From: Eubacteriales bacterium
GTDB lineage: Bacteria > Bacillota > Clostridia > Oscillospirales > CAG-272
NCBI GenBank assembly: GCA_045631445.1
Contig: JAZQUS010000045.1
Location: forward strand, 1 to 61,995
DNA: 61,995 nt
Direction of reading: 5' to 3'
This document shows positions 16,820 to 26,609 of this stretch, piece after piece; within the stretch, counting starts at the first letter, position 1; each line of letters opens with the position of its first letter. The position numbers and the translations under genes are program-made. A model generated the notes under the pieces. It had not been told where the DNA came from. It did no database searches and saw nothing but the letters and a program-made list of their open reading frames with translations.

Positions 16820-18232
16820 ATGAATAAATTATCAAACGATTATAGAGAAAACGTATCTACACTCGATTCAATTTTGTCGGTACGTGAAAATTTTGATATA
16901 CTTAAAAAGACGCTTATTATCGGTGAGGACGAGCTTACCTTATACTTTATTGACGGATTTGTAAAGGATGCCGTTATGCAAAAAATGATGGTGCATTTTC
17001 TTTCCCTCAAATCTCTTGGTGAGCGCACGGACAGGAGCGCGCAGGATTTTCTATTTCACAATCTGCCGTATGTAGAGGCAGATGTGACCGATGATATTAA
17101 TACAATGACACAAATGCTATTGTCAGGTGCAACTGTTATGCTCGGCTCGGCATTTTTAAATCGCGGAATAATCATTGATGCGCGAACTTATCCTGCACGC
17201 GAAACTGCAGAGCCCGAAAACGACCGAGTTATCAAGGGCGCGCGCGACGGATTTGTTGAAACTCTAATTTTCAACACCGCCCTTATTCGTCGAAGAATTC
17301 GGGATCCAAAATTAAGAATGTCCTATATGACGGTTGGGACTCGTTCAAAAACCGATGTTGTAGTATGCTATATTGAGGACAAAGCCGACCTTGATTACGT
17401 AAACGATTTGAAAGAGAAAATAAAAACTATCAATGTTGAAGCACTCACCGTCGGAACGCAATCCCTTGTTGAATGTCTTATTCCAAGCAGATGGTATAAT
17501 CCCTTTCCCAAGGTGCGCACCACCGAGCGCCCCGATGCCGCCGCGGCTCAGTTGATGGAAGGAAACGTTCTGATTATCTGCGACAATTCTCCCGAAGTTA
17601 TGATTTTGCCTGCATCCCTTTTCGATTTTATGCAGGACACAAACGATTTCTATTTTCCACCCCTAACAGGAAGTTATTTAAGAATAATTCGATATGTAAT
17701 TTTCTTTATGACACTTCTCTTTATGCCGCTTTGGTTAATTGCAATTCATAACCCTGAGGCAGTTCCGCCGTGGCTTGAATTCGTACTACCGCAGGAGCAC
17801 GGCAGATTACCTATAATCGTGCAATTATTTCTTGCAGAGTTTATCATCGACGGCTTGCGACTTGCCTCAATGAATACCCCCGGCACACTTTCCAACTCCC
17901 TTTCCGTCATCGGTGGATTGATTTTAGGAGATTTTTCAATTCAAATCGGATGGCTCATTCCCGAGGTAGTTGTCTATGGCGCATTCGTTGCCATTGCAAA
18001 CTTCTCGCAACGAAATTACGAGCTTGGATATGCTTTCAAATTTCTGCGCCTAATTTTGCTCATTTTGACGTGGTTTTTCAACTTTTGGGGCTTTGTTGCA
18101 GGACTCCTACTTTGCTTTGCCCTCCTCGTTTCCAATAAAACCCTCAACGGTAATCACTCATACCTCTATCCACTAATTCCATTCAATGCAAAAGCCCTAA
18201 AACGAATGATTTTTAGGGTTAAAAAGAAATAA
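16820..18232 (+). CDS. Spore germination protein, GerA/GerKA family (SpoVAF-like)
   Basis: EPENDRVIKGARDGFVETLIFNTALIRRRIRDP, TERPD, GGLILGD motifs; C-terminal TM bundle. Confidence 0.9.
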   Translation: MNKLSNDYRENVSTLDSILSVRENFDILKKTLIIGEDELTLYFIDGFVKDAVMQKMMVHFLSLKSLGERTDRSAQDFLFHNLPYVEADVTDDINTMTQMLLSGATVMLGSAFLNRGIIIDARTYPARETAEPENDRVIKGARDGFVETLIFNTALIRRRIRDPKLRMSYMTVGTRSKTDVVVCYIEDKADLDYVNDLKEKIKTINVEALTVGTQSLVECLIPSRWYNPFPKVRTTERPDAAAAQLMEGNVLIICDNSPEVMILPASLFDFMQDTNDFYFPPLTGSYLRIIRYVIFFMTLLFMPLWLIAIHNPEAVPPWLEFVLPQEHGRLPIIVQLFLAEFIIDGLRLASMNTPGTLSNSLSVIGGLILGDFSIQIGWLIPEVVVYGAFVAIANFSQRNYELGYAFKFLRLILLILTWFFNFWGFVAGLLLCFALLVSNKTLNGNHSYLYPLIPFNAKALKRMIFRVKKK

Positions 18233-18254
18233 AGAGAGGCACCGCCTCTCTTTA
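18231..18254. terminator. Bidirectional terminator between the germination gene and truB
   Basis: AAAGAGAGGC-ACC-GCCTCTCTTT hairpin between convergent stops. Confidence 0.8.
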
Positions 18255-19175
18255 TGATTCTAAACTAAACGTCTTAATTGCCTTAATAGCCGTGCCGTTT
18301 TCATACTCGCGGACTTCTCCGAGCGCAAAAAATTCACCGTTTGCAGAGTAAAGTCTCACGCGCGCGCCGACTTCAAGATTTGTTTTTATCTTGTTTTGAT
18401 AAATTTCACATCCGCTTCTGCAGAGTTTTTCATAAAAAGCAGGTAATTTCACCGCTTCAAGCTCATCAAAAAGCGATTCGGTTGGAGCTAAAAGACTATA
18501 TCTTTCTTCAATCCCCATTGCTTCAAGCTCGTCAAGTGTGTGCGAATTTTCAATATCAAATCCACCCGCTTTTACTCGATGCAAAGCACTCATCACTCCA
18601 CCGCAACCGAGCGTTGCACCAATGTCTGCGCAAAGTGTTCTTATATATGTTCCCGACGAGCATTCAACGAGCAATTCGTACTCGTTTGCCTTGCCAGTTG
18701 GAGTGCAATCAAGACGAAAAATCTCAATATCTCGCGCTTTTCTCTCAACCTCAATTCCCTCTCGCGCAAGGTCATAGAGCTTCTTTCCGTCAACCTTCAA
18801 GGCACTATACATAGGCGGAATTTGCTTGATTTTTCCTAAAAACTTACCGCAAGCGGATACTACTTCTTCAGTTGAAGGAATATTATCACACTCGGTAAGC
18901 ACCTTGCCTGTAATATCCTCTGTGTCAGTTGTCAAACCAAGAGTCAATCTTGCACAATAGGTCTTTCTATCAGCAACAAGGTATTCCGCCGCCTTTGCGG
19001 CACGTCCGAGCAAAATTACAAGCACACCCGTAGCAAGTGGGTCCAGCGTTCCCGTGTGCCCCACCTTGCGAGTACCGTATAATTTTCTGATTTTGCCAAC
19101 CACATCGTGACTTGTTATACCCTCTGGCTTATTAACAATCAAAACACCGTTTGGCTCTTTTTTATTATCAATCAT
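18252..19175 (-). CDS. truB: tRNA pseudouridine(55) synthase
   Basis: NKPEGITSHDVV, KVGHTGTLDPLATGVL, PPMYSA, CSSGTYIRTL. Confidence 0.97.
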   Translation of the reverse strand: MIDNKKEPNGVLIVNKPEGITSHDVVGKIRKLYGTRKVGHTGTLDPLATGVLVILLGRAAKAAEYLVADRKTYCARLTLGLTTDTEDITGKVLTECDNIPSTEEVVSACGKFLGKIKQIPPMYSALKVDGKKLYDLAREGIEVERKARDIEIFRLDCTPTGKANEYELLVECSSGTYIRTLCADIGATLGCGGVMSALHRVKAGGFDIENSHTLDELEAMGIEERYSLLAPTESLFDELEAVKLPAFYEKLCRSGCEIYQNKIKTNLEVGARVRLYSANGEFFALGEVREYENGTAIKAIKTFSLES

Positions 19176-19186
19176 TTCTTAAATCC

Positions 19187-19834
19187 TCAAAATCTAACGT
19201 GAGCAGAATAGATGGGCTGACCTTTATCGGAGAAATTCTTCTCATATTCGGTCATAACGTTGCCTTCATTCTTCTCGGAATTGTGTAAATCGCGTGTTAC
19301 AAACTCAAATTCAAGTCCAAACGCCTCAAATTCCTCAAGTGAGAAGTCAAAAAGTCCCTCGTTATCGGTTTTAAGTTTGAGCATTCCTCCTTCTTTGAGC
19401 AAGGTTTTATATATTTCAAGGAATGTGTGATATGTAAGACGGCGCTTTGCGTGTCCTGCCTTGGGCCAGGGGTCACTAAAGTTGAGATAGATGCAGTCCA
19501 CACTATGCTCGGGAAAATATTCAATAAGATTTTTAGCATCACCAATGATGAAGCGGAGATTGTCAGGGCGGTCGTCCTTTGCCTTTTCCGCTTTTTCAAG
19601 AGCAAGGCAAGCAACGTCCGCAATTTTTTCCATCGCGATAAAGTTCACGTTGTGGTGCTGTGCACTCATCCCAACGGCAAAATTACCCTTACCGCAACCA
19701 ATTTCAAGATGAATTGGCTTCTTTTCGTTAAAGGCAGATTGAACGTCAGTTTTAAATTCTTCATTAGGTGTAATAAGCAAATGTGCGCACGCTTCAATAC
19801 GCTCCGCACCGTGCTTTTTCTTTCTCATTCTCAT
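19187..19834 (-). CDS. trmB: tRNA (guanine-N7)-methyltransferase
   Basis: LEIGCGKG, LNFSDPWPK, KRRLT, LKTDN, MTEYEKNF. Confidence 0.97.
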   Translation of the reverse strand: MRMRKKKHGAERIEACAHLLITPNEEFKTDVQSAFNEKKPIHLEIGCGKGNFAVGMSAQHHNVNFIAMEKIADVACLALEKAEKAKDDRPDNLRFIIGDAKNLIEYFPEHSVDCIYLNFSDPWPKAGHAKRRLTYHTFLEIYKTLLKEGGMLKLKTDNEGLFDFSLEEFEAFGLEFEFVTRDLHNSEKNEGNVMTEYEKNFSDKGQPIYSAHVRF

Positions 19835-19902
19835 ATATTTTTATTCCTTTCGGTTTATTTCATTTTTATTTTAAAAAGTTTTATCATTTATTCAAAAAGA
19901 CC

Positions 19903-19931
19903 TTGACAATTTAATAAAAAAGTATTACAAT
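19903..19931 (+). promoter_or_regulatory. Sigma-A promoter of the DUF975 gene
   Basis: TTGACA(19903-19908)-17bp-TACAAT(19926-19931). Confidence 0.7.
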
Positions 19932-19969
19932 TATGGTATATAACTATAATCATTTTTTGGAGGCACTTA

Positions 19970-20662
19970 ATGTATCTTACAAATGCTCAAATACGCACCA
20001 AAGCACGTCGCTTGCTTGACGATAACATTTTTGGAAAGGACTGGCTTAAATCCGCGTTTATTTCTACTCTTATGATTCTTATCATAATTGCAACAAGCGG
20101 TTCTTTGATTATACTTTCTAACAAATTCGTCGACCCATTCCTTAACTCTGTTATCACGGACCCCTCGATTTTGTTCGCAGCAGAAATCCTTCTTTACGTT
20201 GTAGACGTTTTGTTCATCTTTGTTCCCATCGGTCCTATCTCCGTTGGCCTCTCATCTCTTCATATGGATCTTGTAAGAGGCTCCGGTGCTATTAGAATAT
20301 CCAAGTTCTTCGATGGATTCAAAGGAATCATTGATAACTTCCAGATTGGTTTCATGTATGCATTGAACATCGTTTTGTGGTCATTGCTCGGCATATTCCC
20401 CGGTATATACTTTGGATATTCCTATTCAATGGCATTCTACATTAGAAAGGACCACCCCGAATACACATGGAGAGAATGCTTCGACGAGAGTGAAAGAATT
20501 ATGGAAGGAAACAGATGGAGACTCTTCAAGCTTCACTGCAACTTCATAGGTTGGTTCTTGCTCGGATTTGCATTTGCAGGTATCGGACTTTTGTGGGTAT
20601 TCCCCTATGTATCGGTTTCAACTGCAGTTTTCTATGAAGAAGCCAAGCTTTCAAAAGAATAA
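19970..20662 (+). CDS. DUF975-family integral membrane protein
   Basis: LWSLLGIFPGIYFGYSYSMAFYI...ESERIMEGNRWRLF...GLLWVFPY motif. Confidence 0.88.
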   Translation: MYLTNAQIRTKARRLLDDNIFGKDWLKSAFISTLMILIIIATSGSLIILSNKFVDPFLNSVITDPSILFAAEILLYVVDVLFIFVPIGPISVGLSSLHMDLVRGSGAIRISKFFDGFKGIIDNFQIGFMYALNIVLWSLLGIFPGIYFGYSYSMAFYIRKDHPEYTWRECFDESERIMEGNRWRLFKLHCNFIGWFLLGFAFAGIGLLWVFPYVSVSTAVFYEEAKLSKE

Positions 20663-20676
20663 AATCTTTTAAATTT

Positions 20677-20708
20677 TGCCTGTTGGCTATTAGCCAACAG
20701 GCATTTTT
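20677..20708. terminator. Bidirectional terminator between DUF975 gene and ychF
   Basis: TGCCTGTTGGCT-ATT-AGCCAACAGGCA hairpin with T tails. Confidence 0.85.
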
Positions 20709-20712
20709 GCTT

Positions 20713-21807
20713 TTATACGTTAAATCTAAACAAAACTATATCTCCGTCTTTTACTACGTAGTCCTTACCTTCGCTACGAAGAAGACCCGCATCCTTAACA
20801 GCAGACATTGAACCAAGCTTTGTAAGAACGTCAAAATCAACGACCTCTGCACGAATAAATCCGCGCTCAAAATCGCTATGGATTTTACCTGCCGCTTGAG
20901 GAGCTCTCATACCCTTTGTAATCGTCCAAGCGCGAACCTCTTTAGGACCTGCGGTGAGATAGGAAATAAGTCCAAGCAAGGAATAGCTTGCCTTGATAAG
21001 ACGATCAAGACCACTTTCCGCAATACCCATATCGTCAAGGAACATCTTCTTTTCCTCTGCATCAAGCTCACTGATTTCTGCTTCAATTTGTGCGCAGATT
21101 GCAATAATTTCGGAGTGCTCCGCAGTTGCAAATTCTTTAAGCTCGCAGTAAAGTGCATTTTCCGTGGGCTCATGATCAGCTTCCGATTCACTAACATTTG
21201 CAACGTAAATAACCGGCTTCATAGTAAGAAGCTGCGTATCACCGAGAAGCTCAAGCTCGTCTGCATCAAGCTCCATGGTACGAGCACATTTACCCTCTTC
21301 AAGTGTAGCATGAATTCTTTCAAGAAGTTCAACGGTTGATGCAAGTGTCTTGTCACCCTTCATTGCCTTCTTAACTCGGTCAATACGACGCTCAAGAATT
21401 TCCATATCCGAAAAAATAAGCTCAAGATTTATAGTTTCAAGGTCACGAATAGGATTTATATTTCCGTCAACGTGAATAATATTATCGTCTTCAAAGCAAC
21501 GAACAACGTGTACAATAGCATCAACCTGACGGATATTATCGAGGAACTTGTTTCCAAGACCCTCACCCTTTGATGCACCCTTAACAAGACCTGCAATATC
21601 AACGAATTCAATAACTGCAGGTGTGAATTTTTCAGGATTGTACATTTCTGCCAAAACGTCAAGACGGTGATCGGGCACCGCAACAATACCCACATTGGGC
21701 TCTATTGTGCAGAAAGGATAGTTTGCAGATTCTGCTCCTGCGTTTGTCAATGCATTAAACAATGTGCTCTTTCCAACATTTGGAAGACCAACAATTCCGA
21801 GTTTCAT
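20713..21807 (-). CDS. ychF: Redox-regulated ATPase YchF
   Basis: [62 protein letters not shown]. Confidence 0.98.
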   Translation of the reverse strand: MKLGIVGLPNVGKSTLFNALTNAGAESANYPFCTIEPNVGIVAVPDHRLDVLAEMYNPEKFTPAVIEFVDIAGLVKGASKGEGLGNKFLDNIRQVDAIVHVVRCFEDDNIIHVDGNINPIRDLETINLELIFSDMEILERRIDRVKKAMKGDKTLASTVELLERIHATLEEGKCARTMELDADELELLGDTQLLTMKPVIYVANVSESEADHEPTENALYCELKEFATAEHSEIIAICAQIEAEISELDAEEKKMFLDDMGIAESGLDRLIKASYSLLGLISYLTAGPKEVRAWTITKGMRAPQAAGKIHSDFERGFIRAEVVDFDVLTKLGSMSAVKDAGLLRSEGKDYVVKDGDIVLFRFNV

Positions 21808-21994
21808 ATATTTATTCTCCTTTAATAGACATAATTATACATTTTAACAATATATTATATCACACAAATTATATTTTTTCAAGTGTTCATTTTCAATTTC
21901 TTGTCTATGATTTTAAAAATTATTTAAGTATTTATATTTAATAATTTTTAATCTTCAAATTGTTAAATAAAATAATTTTTTATTAATCCTATAT

Positions 21995-22039
21995 AAGAAT
22001 AACCGCAATTTGCCATAAAAACACATTGCGGTTATTCTT
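21995..22039 (-). terminator. Terminator closing the glycan locus
   Basis: 15-bp stem AAGAATAACCGCAAT/ATTGCGGTTATTCTT at the PHP gene stop. Confidence 0.75.
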
Positions 22040-23054
22040 ATTTTATTTCATCTAAAAAATATGCTCTGCTATATGCGACATTTCCATATTCGTCCATCAA
22101 AGTAATTCGAATATACTGGTGTTCAAGCGGTCCGATTTTCTCCATCTCCAAGTGCCACCCAATATCAAACTGAACCTCAGTCAACAAATTTTCTTCATCT
22201 CTCTTAGCAAAAAGATGTCTGTTTTCAGTTGAAAGTCCAACAAATGCAACAGGCGAACATTTCACCGTAACGACTCCATTCTCAATGGAAATTTCGTTAA
22301 TTTCAGGCCCCGTTGAAGCATAAAAATCACCGTTTTTAAGTGCTCTAAAAATATCACTATAGGTCAATTTTTCTGCCCTTATCATTACAAATCCACCAAA
22401 GCAATCACGCAAAAGATGAGCATCATCAGTCGCAAGTGGGAAAATTCTTTCTCCCTTTCTTAACAAATCGTCAAACGGTTGTGCGGTATCAAAATAACCG
22501 TTTCTTGCACACCCTGTGTTGTAAAGCTCTATCCCCCAAAGTCCTTTGAGGTCGGCATAATCAGAATAGTTCTGCAAGGACCACACAGGGTGATTATATG
22601 ACACCAAGCATCCCTCGTCATTCGCCATTTGAATTACTTTATTCACGTCCGAAATATCATAAATTCTCGCGTGTTGTATAGCTTCCTGCTCCTCAGTAAT
22701 AAACTTAAACGAATGCTCAAGCCACATTTTGCTTTTGTCAAAGGTATTGAAGCAGTTTTTGTTCTCATCGGGAGAATAAATATTTAAATGGTAAGTTTTA
22801 GCATAGCAAAAATCACAATCTGTTCGATTATTAGTGCTTATCTCGGTTGATGTCAGAGCAACAAAATGCTCATCAGTAAGTTCGGGATGCGGAACCATAA
22901 CCTCGTGGTCGGTGAAGGCAACTACAGAATATCCTTTTTCCATATAAATTCTTTTTATTTCCTCAGGGCTCATCGCACCATCGGAAAGGTTAGTATGAAC
23001 ATGTAAATTAGCTTTATAAAAGCTACCGACATTTGACAAAAGATATTTTTTCAT
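22038..23054 (-). CDS. PHP-domain metal-dependent phosphoesterase (cytoplasmic)
   Basis: NLHVHT-x2-SDG, FTDHE, NHP, TDDAH motifs; no signal peptide. Confidence 0.88.
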   Translation of the reverse strand: MKKYLLSNVGSFYKANLHVHTNLSDGAMSPEEIKRIYMEKGYSVVAFTDHEVMVPHPELTDEHFVALTSTEISTNNRTDCDFCYAKTYHLNIYSPDENKNCFNTFDKSKMWLEHSFKFITEEQEAIQHARIYDISDVNKVIQMANDEGCLVSYNHPVWSLQNYSDYADLKGLWGIELYNTGCARNGYFDTAQPFDDLLRKGERIFPLATDDAHLLRDCFGGFVMIRAEKLTYSDIFRALKNGDFYASTGPEINEISIENGVVTVKCSPVAFVGLSTENRHLFAKRDEENLLTEVQFDIGWHLEMEKIGPLEHQYIRITLMDEYGNVAYSRAYFLDEIK

Positions 23055-23070
23055 CCCTACACCTCCATAA

Positions 23071-24738
23071 TTATTTACCCAAAATAGCTATCTCGTTAAT
23101 CGCACCGTCATTGGGCAAATTAAAACCAATTTTTACCTTTTCCGCTTTAAAGGTCTTTAAAATTTCCAAATTAAAGCAACTCAAAGGGCGCACAAATTCG
23201 TTTTCATGATTAACATAAAAATCTTCGCAAAATTGTGGATAATAAATAATATTTCCATTGCCAAAGTCAATGTACTCTATTTCTATAATATAAGAATCAT
23301 AGTACGCGCTATTATAAACGATAATGCCTTTGATTTCATAAAAATCATCAAACTCAATTTCAATATACGATTCACCCGCGCCTAAAAGCACCTCGTTATC
23401 CTTAGAATCTAAATTGTAGCAATCAACTACATAATTATCATTAACATTTTGAATGTTTTTAATGTTACTGCCCGTAATTACTGCATCAGTAAGTATATTT
23501 TTATATCCACTTATACTTTCGGGTAAATTGATAACAGAATAAGTAGGTCCATTTACAAAAGGAACACCGTTTTCATCAAAATAAACGTAATCAAATGCAA
23601 AGAAACGAGGAGTATAATCCTTCGAGTTCCAATCTCTGTTTTGATGCGCGTGATATCCAACCATCAACTCGTCACCCGCATAGAAAAAGCAATGATGACC
23701 GGTTCCCGATGCGTAACCTTTCCACTGATTATAAACAAGCGCTTCTTCATCGTTTGTGCCTGGAAATCCCATAAGCAAATTCGTCCATATCTTGCCTTCC
23801 TCATAAGGCTTGACAAAATTACCAAGAGGAGTATCGGAAACCGCGTAGCACACGTTATAATGCTTATTCCAAGCACCGTTTGCTGAGTATGTTAAATAAT
23901 ACTTCCCGTTGCTTTTAATCATAAACGGAGCTTCGTTAATTTGAACCTTGTTGTCGCGATACAATTCCCAAGTAAGTAGCTGCTCCTCACTTTCAGCATT
24001 AACCGTACCGGGTATTACCAACTCTTTATATGTTGACCAGTCTGCCTGATATGGAGAAATAAGTTCAACACCAACAATATGCTGAGTGTTTACTTCAGTT
24101 ATATTCTGTGATGTTTGTGTAACTGTAAAATACATATACATTTTACCATCATCGTCCACAAAAACAGTTGCATCGAGTCCTCTTTTTACATAATCCGCAT
24201 TATGAAACAAGGGATTATTCAAACCGTCAACCTCATCGTTAACCAAGGGTTTGTAAGGTCCTAAAGGATTATCCGCTACAACCACACTGATTCTGCGCTT
24301 CAAATTTATATCCTTTGCACTGTAATACATATAATATACACCGTCAAAGCAATAAATTTCAGGCGCAAAAACCAATGCCTCTTTCCTATCTTCCCAACCT
24401 TCGTATAACACAGGATTATATATCTCCTTGTGCAACTCATAGTTAACAAAATCGGTTGTGACATAGCAATCAACAGCATCGGGATTTCTATCACTTGTGC
24501 CAACAATATAATACGTATCGTTTTCAACGTAAACATGAGGGTCGGGCAACGGAACATCCTTCAAAAGATTCATATGCCATAATGATTTGTTATACTCAAT
24601 AGACTCACCGTCATAGTTTGAAGTAAGGTCAATATAATCCTCATGTTCAATCAAATGATTCTTTTGGGGTGACTCCTCTGGCTTGCAGGAGGTCAAAATC
24701 ATTATGAATACAAAACAAATAATTAATATTCTTCTCAT
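23071..24738 (-). CDS. GH43 glycoside hydrolase lipoprotein with C-terminal beta-sandwich
   Basis: Lipobox LTSC; PDPHV, GLDATVF, INEAPF catalytic motifs; GTGHH. Confidence 0.9.
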   Translation of the reverse strand: MRRILIICFVFIMILTSCKPEESPQKNHLIEHEDYIDLTSNYDGESIEYNKSLWHMNLLKDVPLPDPHVYVENDTYYIVGTSDRNPDAVDCYVTTDFVNYELHKEIYNPVLYEGWEDRKEALVFAPEIYCFDGVYYMYYSAKDINLKRRISVVVADNPLGPYKPLVNDEVDGLNNPLFHNADYVKRGLDATVFVDDDGKMYMYFTVTQTSQNITEVNTQHIVGVELISPYQADWSTYKELVIPGTVNAESEEQLLTWELYRDNKVQINEAPFMIKSNGKYYLTYSANGAWNKHYNVCYAVSDTPLGNFVKPYEEGKIWTNLLMGFPGTNDEEALVYNQWKGYASGTGHHCFFYAGDELMVGYHAHQNRDWNSKDYTPRFFAFDYVYFDENGVPFVNGPTYSVINLPESISGYKNILTDAVITGSNIKNIQNVNDNYVVDCYNLDSKDNEVLLGAGESYIEIEFDDFYEIKGIIVYNSAYYDSYIIEIEYIDFGNGNIIYYPQFCEDFYVNHENEFVRPLSCFNLEILKTFKAEKVKIGFNLPNDGAINEIAILGK

Positions 24739-24739
24739 A

Positions 24740-26473
24740 TTATCTAACTAAAATTTCTCTAACCTTAGCAGGATCAACCTTGAGATTGTGCTCGTTATCC
24801 AAAAGGCCGTTCATTTCCTGCTGAACATCTGTAAGCTGTGTATAGCAGAAGCCTTGGAAGTCACATTCATAAATACCATCAACAAGCTCCTTCAATCTGT
24901 TAAAGAACTCGTCATCATTTTTAGCGGCAGAGTTATATCCCCAGTTATCGTCCTTTTGATCCTTTTCAAACATAATTCCACCAAACTCTGTAAATAATAC
25001 GGGTTGTCCAAGATAAGGATTATCATTTGCAAGAACTCTTCTGAAGCTTTGGAAAGTGTCGTCGTAAGTACTTTCGTTATATCTGCCCTTTAATTCTGCA
25101 CCCAAGCTCGAGTAATCATGAATAGCCAAGATATCACTATCGGACATATTTTCCCAACCGTCGTTTGTGGAAATAAGTCTTGATGGGTCGATTGACTTTG
25201 TTAAATAGTACAAAGAGGAAGCAAAGTTCTGCTGCTCACGATTGTTAAGTATCTTTCTAACACCCCAAGATTCATTAATTGGAACATAAGTGATAATAGA
25301 TGAGAATTTCTTTGCTGTATTAACAATTTCCTGCCATTCCTTAGTAACGTAAGCTACTTCATCGGAATTGAAATTATATGATGATGGCATTTCACACCAA
25401 GTAAGGAGTCCAAGCTCGTCTGCATAGTAATAATAGTATGGATCTTCAAATTTTTGATGCTTTCTTGCACCGTTAAAGCCCATTTCCTTAGTTAACTGAA
25501 CATCTTTTTTGATTTCTTCAATGCTCGGAGCAGTAAGTCCGGAATTCTTCCAATAACCCTGATCCAAAATTAAGCGTTGATAAAGTGGCTTATTATTGAG
25601 CCAAACTCTACCGTCCTGCGTACTAATTTTTCTCATTCCAAATCTCGTATGTACAGTATCAAGAAGGGCACCATCCTTATACAAATTAAAATCAACATAG
25701 AAAAGATTCGGATGCTCAGGGGTCCAATAGGTAATCTCATCAACAAAGTTAAGCTCCATCAAATTTACACTATATCGAGTATACTTTCCGTCAGGAGAGA
25801 ACATTTGACGTTTAACAAGCTTATTATCGTAATAAACCTTAATTTCAATCAAATCCGCAAGCGCATTTCTAAGCTTTATTTCACCACTGAAGGAATTTGT
25901 ATCAATATCGGGAGTGATTGAAAAGTCGTCAATAGAATCCTTGCCAACAAAATCAAGCCAAACGCTCTGCCAAATACCGCTATTAGGAGTATACCAGCAC
26001 GCCCAAGTGCCTTCACCCCAATATTGTTTTCCTCTTGGAATAGTGGGGTCTGCCGGGTCATAGCATTTAACTACGATGGTATTTTCACCCTCTTTAACAA
26101 GTTTTGTAATATCAACAGTAAATGGCGCAAAACCACCTTGGTGTGATGTTGCAAAATATCCGTTTACCCAAACCGTTGTAATATAGTCACTTGCATTAAA
26201 GCCCAAAATAACGTCTTTGTCTAATTTATCATAAACAAAGCTCTTTCTATACCATAAGGTATCGTGGAATGACTTATCACCAATTCCACTTTCAGGATAC
26301 TGATATGTAAAAGGAACGTTAATCTCTTTTGAAAGCTTAACATCACCGTTATGAATTCCTCTCAAATCACCGTCGTGATTATCGTCAAACTCAAATTCCC
26401 AAATTCCGTTCAAGGATAACCACTCATCTCTTCTAAAATGAGGTCTTGGATATTCATTTCTTAATTTCAACAT
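24740..26473 (-). CDS. GH2 glycoside hydrolase (beta-galactosidase/galactofuranosidase-like), cytoplasmic
   Basis: EYPRP, LNGIWEF, LDQGYW, RKHQK, PINESWG, TEFGG, YTQLTDVQQE; AAGGAG RBS before ATG 26473. Confidence 0.9.
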   Translation of the reverse strand: MLKLRNEYPRPHFRRDEWLSLNGIWEFEFDDNHDGDLRGIHNGDVKLSKEINVPFTYQYPESGIGDKSFHDTLWYRKSFVYDKLDKDVILGFNASDYITTVWVNGYFATSHQGGFAPFTVDITKLVKEGENTIVVKCYDPADPTIPRGKQYWGEGTWACWYTPNSGIWQSVWLDFVGKDSIDDFSITPDIDTNSFSGEIKLRNALADLIEIKVYYDNKLVKRQMFSPDGKYTRYSVNLMELNFVDEITYWTPEHPNLFYVDFNLYKDGALLDTVHTRFGMRKISTQDGRVWLNNKPLYQRLILDQGYWKNSGLTAPSIEEIKKDVQLTKEMGFNGARKHQKFEDPYYYYYADELGLLTWCEMPSSYNFNSDEVAYVTKEWQEIVNTAKKFSSIITYVPINESWGVRKILNNREQQNFASSLYYLTKSIDPSRLISTNDGWENMSDSDILAIHDYSSLGAELKGRYNESTYDDTFQSFRRVLANDNPYLGQPVLFTEFGGIMFEKDQKDDNWGYNSAAKNDDEFFNRLKELVDGIYECDFQGFCYTQLTDVQQEMNGLLDNEHNLKVDPAKVREILVR

Positions 26474-26537
26474 ACGTAAAACTCCTTTTTGTATGATTTT
26501 TTTCATAAGAAAATATATTTTATGCCAAATATACTTT

Positions 26538-26599
26538 ATTATAACAAAAATACATATTTTGTCAAGAAGAAGCAAGAAGTTACCAAGCTTCTTCTTGAC
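26538..26599 (-). promoter_or_regulatory. Terminator hairpin whose downstream arm overlaps the -35 of an internal promoter for GH2-GH43-PHP
   Basis: Stem GTCAAGAAGAAGC (26561-73)/GCTTCTTCTTGAC (26587-99); TTGACA(26565-26560)-16bp-TGnTATAAT(-10 at 26543-26538). Confidence 0.65.
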
Positions 26600-26609
26600 T
26601 ATATTGTGT

